From the NCBI RefSeq assembly GCF_000392435.1, contig NC_021219.1, positions 981,782 to 1,013,781 of the forward strand: a stretch of DNA of 32,000 nt, written 5' to 3'. Below are positions 1 through 6,949 of the stretch, in pieces (the first letter of the stretch is position 1; every line of letters begins with the position of its first letter). A model generated the notes under the pieces. It had not been told where the DNA came from and searched no databases. It saw only the letters and a list, made by a program, of their open reading frames with translations. The translations under genes were made by a program, and so were the position numbers. The DNA comes from Candidatus Saccharimonas aalborgensis. Its GTDB lineage: Bacteria > Patescibacteriota > Saccharimonadia > Saccharimonadales > Saccharimonadaceae.

Positions 1-2
1 GC

Positions 3-119
3 TTAACCCTGCCTTTGCTTATTCTTAGGTTTTTTCTTGTTGATGACACGGAGACGACCTTTGCGCCGAACCAGCTGATCATCAGGGCTGATTTTTTTGA
101 CACTCGCACGAACTTTCAT
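3..119 (-). CDS. rpmJ: 50S ribosomal protein L36, cysteine-free form
   Basis: Reverse complement of 3..119 translates to [38 protein letters not shown] (38 aa). Too short for the ORF track; canonical L36 ends KQRQG. Confidence 0.95.
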   Translation of the reverse strand: MKVRASVKKISPDDQLVRRKGRLRVINKKKPKNKQRQG

Positions 120-197
120 GAGCGTACAAATCTCCTCCAGGAAAAACCTGTATTAGAGAGAAATCAAGTGATATCGTCTCAACTTCTCGGTTATTAT

Positions 198-422
198 TTA
201 ATCACGTGCGCGGAAAACGATTCTGCCCTTTGTGAGATCATAAGGGGTTAGCTCGACTTCCACGATATCGCCCGGTACCAGACGGATATAATGCTTGCGC
301 ATCTTGCCGCTAATATGAGCGATGATACTTAGGCCGTTTTCCAATTCCACCCTAAACTGAGTATTAGGCAGTGCTTCCACCACCTTGCCTCGCAGTTTAA
401 TAACTTCTTTGGTACTCGCCAT
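198..422 (-). CDS. infA: Translation initiation factor IF-1
   Basis: [74 protein letters not shown] is a canonical IF-1 S1-like sequence. Confidence 0.97.
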   Translation of the reverse strand: MASTKEVIKLRGKVVEALPNTQFRVELENGLSIIAHISGKMRKHYIRLVPGDIVEVELTPYDLTKGRIVFRARD

Positions 423-438
423 AGATATACAGCATTTT

Positions 439-467
439 ATTATACGGTATCATATGACAAAAGTAAA
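439..467 (-). promoter_or_regulatory. sigma70-type promoter for infA-rpmJ
   Basis: On the minus strand: TTTACT - 17 nt - TATAAT immediately upstream of infA. Confidence 0.75.
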
Positions 468-571
468 CAGATTTAACAGAGAATCGCGGTATAGTTAGTC
501 TACCGCAACTAAATTGATAGTTTTATTGTAGCGAATATCGTTCGTGAGTCAAGTCAAAAGAGTGAGGATAC

Positions 572-600
572 TTGACTTTTATATAAATATAGTGTAAAAT
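572..600 (+). promoter_or_regulatory. sigma70-type promoter of GC-rich unit A
   Basis: TTGACT (572-577) - 17 nt - TAAAAT (595-600). Confidence 0.75.
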
Positions 601-653
601 AGTACACGAGTCCATTGTAGTTTGACAACCCCAACCCCCTGAAAGGATACCTG

Positions 654-1004
654 ATGGGAAAGAGATGGCCTGGCATGGGTCGCCTGCGCGCAAAGCGCAA
701 AGCGACTGCCCAGCTCGCCGCTGCTAAGGCAGCGGCGGCGGTGAGGGCTCAGGAGGTCGTGAACGACCTCCTGTATCCCCACCAACGGGAGCACGGTACT
801 TCGCTTCTCGAGCGGCTGCACCCAGAGCCGCTCGACGTGTCGGATCACTCCGGCACGCCCAACCCTCGACGTCGTGTGCGCCATCGGGCAGACCGTCGGC
901 GACGGCTGCCCGAGGCGCTTGTCACCGAGCGGCCCTGCGCCGCTCGCGGCCACCACCGTGGCTGCGAGTGTGCTGACTACGTCTGGGAGCCGCTTCACGC
1001 ATGA
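654..1004 (+). CDS. Hypothetical protein, 116 aa (alternative or additional reading of unit A)
   Basis: ATG with upstream AAAGGA Shine-Dalgarno, K/A-rich N-terminus, high GC at codon positions 1 and 3. No recognised family; the hairpin density and overlapping ORFs in other frames lower confidence. Confidence 0.4.
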   Translation: MGKRWPGMGRLRAKRKATAQLAAAKAAAAVRAQEVVNDLLYPHQREHGTSLLERLHPEPLDVSDHSGTPNPRRRVRHRADRRRRLPEALVTERPCAARGHHRGCECADYVWEPLHA

Positions 1005-1032
1005 AGCGTGCTCCCGACACCTACAATGGATT

Positions 1033-1064
1033 GGCCCTTACTGCACTCGCGGTAGGGGCCTTTC
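1033..1064 (+). terminator. Intrinsic terminator of unit A
   Basis: GGCCCTTAC - 10 nt loop - GTAGGGGCC followed by TTTCCTTT. Confidence 0.6.
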
Positions 1065-1086
1065 CTTTGCAGCTACTTTCGAAATA

Positions 1087-2496
1087 TTATTTGTAATCGT
1101 CGTACGTCACCATGAGGGCGCGTGAGTTGACCTGTCGCAGAGTTTCGAGCCCCACTGTCACGACGATGAGAAGACCCGTGCCTCCAATCGCCAAATTGGC
1201 AGCGTTGAGCCCTAGTTTGACAAAGACATACTCAATGATGAATGGCATCACGGAGATAAAGCCGAGAGCAATAGAACCAAACAGAATTAAGCGATTGACC
1301 GTCCGTCCCAGATATTTTTCGGTCTGAATCCCCGGACGCACTCCCTCGATGAAGCCACCTTGCTTTTGCAGGTTTTCGGCAATCTCATTTGAATTAAAGA
1401 CGATGCCCGTATAGAAGTACGTAAACAATATTACGAGGAGGAAATAGGCAGCCGGATAGATAAATACGCCCAGATCACCACTTGCAAAGGACTGGGCGTT
1501 TGGTGCCTGGAACCACTTGATAAGATCGGCGCTCAGCTGAGTATACGAGGGGTTATTGGTTGCTTTGAGCACTTGACCTGCAAAGGCAGGGAGGCTGAGA
1601 AACGCGACCGCAAAAATCACCGGGATAACACCCGCAGCAATGAGCTTGACGGGGAGGATGCTTTTGATACCGCCGTAACTCGTATTGCCAGCGACACGTT
1701 TGGCGTAGTTGATAGTGATGATACGCTGAGCTTCATTGATTTTAACGAGGAAATACAATATAAAGAGCGATAAAAGACCGATAACAAGTGCTACCCAAAA
1801 CGCCGTCGGGCTCACCGGTAGGTCAAACCAGCCAAAGACGCTTAACTTTCCTGCCGTTGTGTCCAATAGCGAGGCGATGACCGTACTGAGGGTTGCTGGT
1901 AGCTGACTGATGATACCGGCAAAAATAATGAGTGAAATACCATTACCAATACCTTGCTCAGTGATGAGCTCTCCTAGCCACATGAGGAGAATGGAACCGG
2001 CGGTCATAGCAGTGACGGCTACTATCCACTCTGTTGGTGTGGTCGTGACAGTACCGGCAGTACTGCCTGCAAGAACTGACTGGCGCAGAATATAGATAAT
2101 TGCAACAGACTGAATGACTGCGAGTGGTACGGAGATGATACGCGTCCACTGGTTTATCTTGCGACGGCCAGATTCACCATCCTTATGGAGTTCTTCTAGC
2201 TTTGGGATTGCTTTTGTGAGCAACTGGGTGATGACGCTGGCAGTGATAAACGGACTCATTCCGACCAGGACGATAGACAACTGGCTGAGTGCACCACCGC
2301 TCATAAGGTTGAGGAATCCGCCGAAGTCACTTGAGCCGATCACCGTATCAATGATACTCTTTAGCTTACTCGGTTCAGCAATGGGCACAGGGATATGCGA
2401 CATGAAACGAAACGCGACGATCAGTCCAAAGACGATCAAGAGGCGTTTTTGCATATCACGGTTTTTGAGTGATCGAAGGATAATTTTCCAATTCAT
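1087..2496 (-). CDS. secY: Preprotein translocase subunit SecY
   Basis: 469 aa polytopic protein with SecY motifs (MSHIPVPI, GMSPFITASVITQLL, QWTRIISV, GIGNGISLIIFAGI). Confidence 0.97.
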   Translation of the reverse strand: MNWKIILRSLKNRDMQKRLLIVFGLIVAFRFMSHIPVPIAEPSKLKSIIDTVIGSSDFGGFLNLMSGGALSQLSIVLVGMSPFITASVITQLLTKAIPKLEELHKDGESGRRKINQWTRIISVPLAVIQSVAIIYILRQSVLAGSTAGTVTTTPTEWIVAVTAMTAGSILLMWLGELITEQGIGNGISLIIFAGIISQLPATLSTVIASLLDTTAGKLSVFGWFDLPVSPTAFWVALVIGLLSLFILYFLVKINEAQRIITINYAKRVAGNTSYGGIKSILPVKLIAAGVIPVIFAVAFLSLPAFAGQVLKATNNPSYTQLSADLIKWFQAPNAQSFASGDLGVFIYPAAYFLLVILFTYFYTGIVFNSNEIAENLQKQGGFIEGVRPGIQTEKYLGRTVNRLILFGSIALGFISVMPFIIEYVFVKLGLNAANLAIGGTGLLIVVTVGLETLRQVNSRALMVTYDDYK

Positions 2497-2595
2497 ACGG
2501 AGTAATTCTGCCTGTTTTCTGTGCGTTAGATGATACTACTTTACCTACAGTATACAGGACATGTTGCTGCGGTGCTAGCGGATTGTGCCGGATAC

Positions 2596-2624
2596 TTGTA
2601 CGACATGACGATCTGTTGTATAAT
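2596..2624 (+). promoter_or_regulatory. sigma70-type promoter of GC-rich unit B
   Basis: TTGTAC (2596-2601) - 17 nt - TATAAT (2619-2624). Confidence 0.75.
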
Positions 2625-2648
2625 ATGGTTATTGATAGCATTCGTGGG

Positions 2649-2747
2649 CATGCTTGATCATTGACAAGCAAGCATGTAGCCTACGGTGCTCCTACGAACT
2701 CCTAGCTCACTCGAGCTGGTGAGAAAAAGACCCTATCAAGACGGGTC
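2649..2747 (+). promoter_or_regulatory. Hairpin-rich 5' leader of unit B
   Basis: CATGCTTG/CAAGCATG (2649-2676), CTCAC/GTGAG (2706-2723) and GACCC/GGGTC (2729-2747), upstream of the AAGGAG at 2755-2760. Confidence 0.45.
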
Positions 2748-2767
2748 ACTATGGAAGGAGTTGCCTC

Positions 2768-3223
2768 TTGCCCAAGAAGGTCAAGAATCTGTTCGGTAAG
2801 ACATTCGGCTACGAAGGAGGTGTGGTCAACTTTGACGGACATATGGGCATGTTCGTCGGCGACGACAACGAACCCTTCGCCGGACGTGAGGGTGAGCAGG
2901 TGGTTCCGTACCCCATTGTTCCTCCTGCCGGGGAATCGTCGGCTCGTCGGGCACTCGTCGAGCTGGTGAACCAGACGCTTGCGTCGAGGTACGGTTCCAA
3001 GTTGGATGGAATCATCGTCAGCCCACGGATGGCACGAAACCTCTTCCTCGAGGGGCTGATCACGCCGGTCCATCTGGCTGCGGCCATCGAAGAGGCATTC
3101 GAGGGAGACCTCGTTCTCGTCATCCCGGATGTCAACATCGCTGGGCACCTCCTGTACATCGAGGTCGACAGCAACGCCGCGGTGAACTCATTCGCCATCG
3201 ACCGAAAGGGGTATCTGATCTGA
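2768..3223 (+). CDS. Hypothetical protein, 151 aa (unit B)
   Basis: TTG start with AAGGAG 7 nt upstream and its own promoter. Protein-like composition (MPKKVKNLFGKTFGYEGGVVNFDGHMGMFVG...); no recognised family. Confidence 0.75.
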   Translation: MPKKVKNLFGKTFGYEGGVVNFDGHMGMFVGDDNEPFAGREGEQVVPYPIVPPAGESSARRALVELVNQTLASRYGSKLDGIIVSPRMARNLFLEGLITPVHLAAAIEEAFEGDLVLVIPDVNIAGHLLYIEVDSNAAVNSFAIDRKGYLI

Positions 3224-3242
3224 TGTCGATCCGATCGATGAC

Positions 3243-3276
3243 GAGGGGCGGCGTAGCAGTTTTTGCGCCGCCCCTC
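3243..3276 (+). other. Perfect 11-bp GC-rich hairpin downstream of unit B CDS
   Basis: GAGGGGCGGCG (3243-3253) / CGCCGCCCCTC (3266-3276), shortly after the stop at 3221-3223. Confidence 0.7.
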
Positions 3277-3322
3277 AGGGGGGTCTCCGTTACCATCGCT
3301 ACACATGCTTGCTTGTCGCAAT

Positions 3323-3344
3323 ACCCCATAAAGGGGTTTTATTT
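3323..3344 (+). terminator. Probable intrinsic terminator of unit B
   Basis: ACCCC-ATAAA-GGGGT followed by TTTATTT. Confidence 0.5.
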
Positions 3345-3353
3345 ATATCGTTT

Positions 3354-3788
3354 CTACGCAGCTTGTTCGGAAGCGCGACGAAACACGAGCACTGTATCTG
3401 CTTGTGCATCTCGATCTTTGCGCACAATGGGTAGGGGTAGCTCACCAGCGATCTCTTTGAGTGCTCCCGCAAGAAATAAATCTAAGTCCATTGTTCCTGA
3501 AGCAATCTGACGCCACCCTGTCTCGGAGACAACAACTTTCCCATCGAGGAAGTCTATAAGTTTCTCTGGCAAAAAGCCCTCTATTGCGCCGATAGTCTCG
3601 TCGCTCACCGTCCAACCTGCATCTCTGGCCAGATGCTCTAGGCGCCCCACCTGTGCGCCAATGAACTGCCTGCGGAGATTTCCGTACCCCTCGCGAATGG
3701 CACGTGCTAGTCGCTCACGACCAGCTTGCTCGTAGTTGCGCCGATGTTCATTCCAATCGATCGCTATTTCGGGTACGCGTGGCATCAT
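3354..3788 (-). CDS. Hypothetical protein, 144 aa
   Basis: MMPRVPEIAIDWNEHRRNYEQAGRERLARAIREGYGNLRR... with a GGAGG Shine-Dalgarno, between rplO and secY. No family recognised. Confidence 0.65.
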   Translation of the reverse strand: MMPRVPEIAIDWNEHRRNYEQAGRERLARAIREGYGNLRRQFIGAQVGRLEHLARDAGWTVSDETIGAIEGFLPEKLIDFLDGKVVVSETGWRQIASGTMDLDLFLAGALKEIAGELPLPIVRKDRDAQADTVLVFRRASEQAA

Positions 3789-3846
3789 CTGTCCTCCAGT
3801 TTAGCTACTAACAAACTATAGCATGCTTTGTCACACCATCTATAAC

Positions 3847-3877
3847 AAAAGTATGCGCCAATACTGCGCATACTTTT
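3847..3877 (-). terminator. Terminator after rplO (end of the main r-protein operon)
   Basis: Perfect 12-bp stem AAAAGTATGCGC - 7 nt - GCGCATACTTTT, about 23 nt past the rplO stop. Confidence 0.7.
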
Positions 3878-3899
3878 GGCAAAACCAAGCGAGTTGTCG

Positions 3900-4379
3900 C
3901 TATTTTTTATCTGTAGCTTCAGCTTCTTTGGCTGATTTTTGGATGGGTGTTGCGACTTTATCGAAACTACCACCTGCCTTTTCTATAGCAGCCACAACGT
4001 TCCTTGATGCGCCCTGAGTCTTGAGAGTGATCTTGCTCCCCAGTTCACCACGAGCGATTACCTTGACGGTATGGAACGGTGTCGCGATAAGATTTGCTTC
4101 GTACAGAGCATAGTTATCGACGATACCCTTGAGTCCTTCAAGCCGATCAAGGTAGACAACCTGAGCTGGTGTTCGCAAACTTTTGAATCCTCGTGATTTT
4201 GGCACCGCAGTAGCGATGCCGTTTTGGCCACCCTGAAACATCGGACGCAGCTTCTTGCCAGTACGAGCATTCTGACCTTTTGTTCCGCGACCTGCTGTCT
4301 TGCCACCACCGGCAGCAATTCCGCGGCCGACGCGCTTGCGATCCTTGTGCGTACTCATCTGGAGATCATTGTATTTCAT
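3900..4379 (-). CDS. rplO: 50S ribosomal protein L15
   Basis: KRVGRGIAAGGGKTAGRGTKGQNARTGKKLRPMFQGGQ is the L15 N-terminal signature; coupled to the rpsE stop. Confidence 0.96.
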   Translation of the reverse strand: MKYNDLQMSTHKDRKRVGRGIAAGGGKTAGRGTKGQNARTGKKLRPMFQGGQNGIATAVPKSRGFKSLRTPAQVVYLDRLEGLKGIVDNYALYEANLIATPFHTVKVIARGELGSKITLKTQGASRNVVAAIEKAGGSFDKVATPIQKSAKEAEATDKK

Positions 4380-5041
4380 TACTTAGTCTCCTTTTTTGGC
4401 GCAACTTTTTTGGCGGGAGCTTTTTTGACAGCAGGCTTATCATCAGATTGAGCAGTCTTTTTCTCTGCAAGTGCGGCCTTTCTAGTTGTCTTTTCAGTAG
4501 TGGTCAACCATTTCTCGCGGGGAACAAGGCTCGAGAGTGCCTCAACAGTAGCGTAGGCAATGTTTACCTTGTTTGTGCTCCCGAGACTCTTTGAAAGCAT
4601 GTTCCGGATACCGGTAACGCTGATAACCGAACGAACCACGCCGCCAGCAATGATACCAGTACCAGGTGCGGCCGGCTTGATGAGGACGCGTGCTCCTGAG
4701 AGCTTTACCTCAGTTTCATGCGGAATGGTCTCGTTGACAACCGGAATCGTGACGAGATGCTTCTTGGCGACATCGGTTGCCTTGGCGATTGCTGTTTGCA
4801 CATCGCTGCCTTTAGAAACACCAACGCCGATCTTATTTTTTCGGTTTCCTACGACGACAAGCGCCTTAAAACGAAACCGTCGGCCGCCGCTGACAACACG
4901 TGCCACACGGTCAATATTGATAACGACTTCTTCGAACTCTTTTGGCGCCTCTGGCGTCTGGTTGCGCCGGTCATCGCGGCGACCACCACGAGCTGGGCGT
5001 GAACCCCGTGGCGTAGTTTGTGCAGTTGTATCTGCCATCAC
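4379..5041 (-). CDS. rpsE: 30S ribosomal protein S5
   Basis: INIDRVARVVSGGRRFRFKALVVVGNRKNKIGVGVSKGSDVQTAIAKA; KPAAPGTGIIAGGVVRSVISVTGIRNMLSKSLGS. Confidence 0.96.
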   Translation of the reverse strand: MMADTTAQTTPRGSRPARGGRRDDRRNQTPEAPKEFEEVVINIDRVARVVSGGRRFRFKALVVVGNRKNKIGVGVSKGSDVQTAIAKATDVAKKHLVTIPVVNETIPHETEVKLSGARVLIKPAAPGTGIIAGGVVRSVISVTGIRNMLSKSLGSTNKVNIAYATVEALSSLVPREKWLTTTEKTTRKAALAEKKTAQSDDKPAVKKAPAKKVAPKKETK

Positions 5042-5394
5042 TAAAACTCCAATCCTTCTTTACGTGCTGCATCTGCAAGTGCTCCCAGTCGGCCAGCATA
5101 CTGGCGACCATTGCGGTCAAACACAACAGTGGTTATTTTTACTTTCTTAGCCTTCTTTGCAATTTCGGTACCGATACTGGCGCACTTTTCAGTCATCCTA
5201 CCAGTCAGTTTGCTGCCTACTGAGGTTGCGCTCGCAAGTGTATGTTGCTTGTCGTCATCAATTAACTGTGCGCTAACGTGCATATTGCTGATAACAACAC
5301 TTAGTCGTGGTCTCTCGGCAGTACCGTGTACTTTTGCGCGAACACGACTCTTACGGAGGCTTCGGTTAAGCAGTTTTTTTGCTAAATTAGTCAT
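5041..5394 (-). CDS. rplR: 50S ribosomal protein L18
   Basis: RKSRVRAKVHGTAERPRLSVVISNMHVSAQLIDD...; VVFDRNGRQYAGRLGALADAARKEGLEF. Confidence 0.95.
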   Translation of the reverse strand: MTNLAKKLLNRSLRKSRVRAKVHGTAERPRLSVVISNMHVSAQLIDDDKQHTLASATSVGSKLTGRMTEKCASIGTEIAKKAKKVKITTVVFDRNGRQYAGRLGALADAARKEGLEF

Positions 5395-5522
5395 TACTTC
5401 TTCCCTGCCTTTCCAGTCTGTGTATGAGACAAATCTACGGTTTTTCTCATCGCGCGGCGCACAGGAGTAAATCCTGATGCTCCGGCTGCTCTTTTCCCTT
5501 GGGTTATAGCTAGATCAGACAT
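5394..5522 (-). CDS. Candidate 42-aa basic protein between L6 and L18, absent from the ORF track
   Basis: Reverse complement translates to MSDLAITQGKRAAGASGFTPVRRAMRKTVDLSHTQTGKAGKK*. The start overlaps the rplF stop (TAATG) and the stop overlaps the rplR start (TAATG), so it exactly fills the gap. Confidence 0.6.
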   Translation of the reverse strand: MSDLAITQGKRAAGASGFTPVRRAMRKTVDLSHTQTGKAGKK

Positions 5523-6058
5523 TATTTTTTACCTGCCTTTCCTGCTTTGCGGAGGATATGTTCACCAACGTATGCGATTCCCTTGCCCTTATATGGTTCG
5601 GGCTTCTTGATGGCTCGGATCTCAGCGGCTACCTGACCGACAAGTTGCTTGTCAATCCCAGCGACTTTGATCGTCATCTTATCATTGATGATCTGAATAC
5701 CAGCGGGTGCTTTGTACTTGACCGGGTGACTAAACCCGAGGCTCATATCGAGCTCGTTGTTGCTGGTACTCACGCGGTAGCCGACACCCTTGACCTCGAG
5801 TTGTTTCTCGAAGCCTTTGGTGACGCCCTCGACAGCATTGTTGAGGAGTGCACGCTGCAACCCATGCTGGGCCTTAGCGATGCGCTCGTCATCTTTGCGG
5901 GCGACAGTTAATTTACCGTCCTCGTGAGTGACAGTAACATCGGACAGATGCGGGACAGTCAACTCGCCCTTGGCGCCAGTGACCTTGATGACATCTGAAT
6001 CGACTGTGATTGTCACACCCGAGGGAACAGTGATTGGTAGTTTTCCAATTCGACTCAT
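5522..6058 (-). CDS. rplF: 50S ribosomal protein L6
   Basis: MSRIGKLPITVPSGVTITV...; KPEPYKGKGIAYVGEHILRKAGKAGKK. Confidence 0.96.
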   Translation of the reverse strand: MSRIGKLPITVPSGVTITVDSDVIKVTGAKGELTVPHLSDVTVTHEDGKLTVARKDDERIAKAQHGLQRALLNNAVEGVTKGFEKQLEVKGVGYRVSTSNNELDMSLGFSHPVKYKAPAGIQIINDKMTIKVAGIDKQLVGQVAAEIRAIKKPEPYKGKGIAYVGEHILRKAGKAGKK

Positions 6059-6076
6059 ATCTTTACCTTTCTTTAC

Positions 6077-6259
6077 TTATTCAAGTTCTTCATCGTCGTT
6101 AACCGGAACATAAGTATTAAACATGTGCAATACCTGCTCTCGATGCTCTAGCGTTATGCCCAGCAAGGAAGATCCAGCAATTTTCTTGTAAAACTCAGTT
6201 GCCGCAGTATCGAGATAGTCTCGTTGCTCGGGTGTTAATTCTGCTCGTGCCTTGACCAT
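6077..6259 (-). CDS. Hypothetical 60-aa acidic protein between S8 and L6
   Basis: MVKARAELTPEQRDYLDTAATEFYKKIAGSSLLGITLEHREQVLHMFNTYVPVNDDEELE; start codon is 1 nt past the rpsH stop. Confidence 0.7.
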   Translation of the reverse strand: MVKARAELTPEQRDYLDTAATEFYKKIAGSSLLGITLEHREQVLHMFNTYVPVNDDEELE

Positions 6260-6260
6260 A

Positions 6261-6662
6261 CTAGTAAACCTTTAGGAGGACCTCTCCGCCTAGTTTGTTG
6301 CGTACGGCCTCGCTGCCGGTCATCACACCCCTTGAGGTTGAGACAAGCACGATGCCACGGCCACTCTTGACCTTCGGAATCTCGCTTGCACTGGCATAGA
6401 CACGACGTCCAGGCTTGCTGACACGGGCGATTTCATTGATAGTGCTGTTTTCGCCTTCGTTGTTGATCGTCACGACAAGTGTACCACGTGGTTTGCCATC
6501 CTCGAGCTTGACATCAACAAGATAGCCGTTTTTGACAAGTTGCTCGGCAACGACGTGCTTGATTTTGCTGGTAGGGACACGGATTTCACGCTTGCCAACA
6601 GCGGCAGCGTTCCTGATGCGAGTCAGGAGGTCAGCGATGGGGTCGGTTGTTTGTAAACTCAT
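6261..6662 (-). CDS. rpsH: 30S ribosomal protein S8
   Basis: MSLQTTDPIADLLTRIRNAA...; start reset to 6662 (GAAAGGAGAT precedes this ATG); C-terminus GVMTGSEAVRNKLGGEVLLKVY. Confidence 0.95.
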   Translation of the reverse strand: MSLQTTDPIADLLTRIRNAAAVGKREIRVPTSKIKHVVAEQLVKNGYLVDVKLEDGKPRGTLVVTINNEGENSTINEIARVSKPGRRVYASASEIPKVKSGRGIVLVSTSRGVMTGSEAVRNKLGGEVLLKVY

Positions 6663-6679
6663 GAATTGATCTCCTTTCT

Positions 6680-6949
6680 TTACCAACTACTCTTAGTGAT
6701 ACCAGGGATTTCTCCCTTGACTGCTTTTTCACGGAAATTGATACGGCTCAGGCCAAAGCGGCGCATAAATCCTCGGGGTCGTCCGCTCAAAACATCGCGG
6801 TTTTTCCAACGAGTAGGGCTCGAGTTTCGAGGTAACTTCTGGAGGCCATCGACATCTCCCAACTCCTTGAGCTCTGCACGCTTGGCGGCGTATTTCTGAA
6901 TCATTCGCTGACGCTTTGCATCTTTTGCGATCATAGATTTCTTAGCCAT
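6680..6949 (-). CDS. rpsN: 30S ribosomal protein S14, long cysteine-free form
   Basis: [24 protein letters not shown]...[51 protein letters not shown]. Confidence 0.95.
   Translation of the reverse strand: MAKKSMIAKDAKRQRMIQKYAAKRAELKELGDVDGLQKLPRNSSPTRWKNRDVLSGRPRGFMRRFGLSRINFREKAVKGEIPGITKSSW

Larger units (their letters stand above)
607..1064 (+). ncRNA. Candidate highly structured RNA (unit A transcript)
   Basis: Between the promoter at 572 and the terminator at 1033-1064 there are consecutive near-perfect hairpins: 679-706, 716-737 (9 bp), 750-773 (10 bp), 808-835 (10 bp), 836-857, 878-918 (about 17 bp), 926-946, 947-964, 985-1015 (13 bp). Confidence 0.5.

Noticed and set aside
547-577. 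AGTCAAG...CTTGACT inverted repeat overlapping the -35 of unit A as an operator
   Set aside because: Only 7 bp with a 17-nt gap; too weak to claim without conservation evidence.
579-998. 139-aa minus-strand ORF MKRLPDVVSTLAATVVAASGAG...
   Set aside because: Shadow of GC-rich unit A, with no RBS or family; it covers the unit's own -10 box and hairpins.
607-1064. RNase P RNA, tmRNA or 6S RNA
   Set aside because: No RNase P conserved core (GAAAGUCCGG), no tmRNA tRNA-like ends with CCA and no 6S-like long single hairpin with central bubble that I could see.
874-1125. 83-aa plus-strand ORF overlapping 654..1004 and secY 3' end
   Set aside because: Crosses the terminator at 1033-1064 and the secY coding end; composition looks like out-of-frame translation.
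2702-3321. Minus-strand ORFs 2702..3148 and 2809..3321
   Set aside because: Antisense shadows of the strongly coding 2768..3223 frame, which has a clear RBS and GC3 bias.
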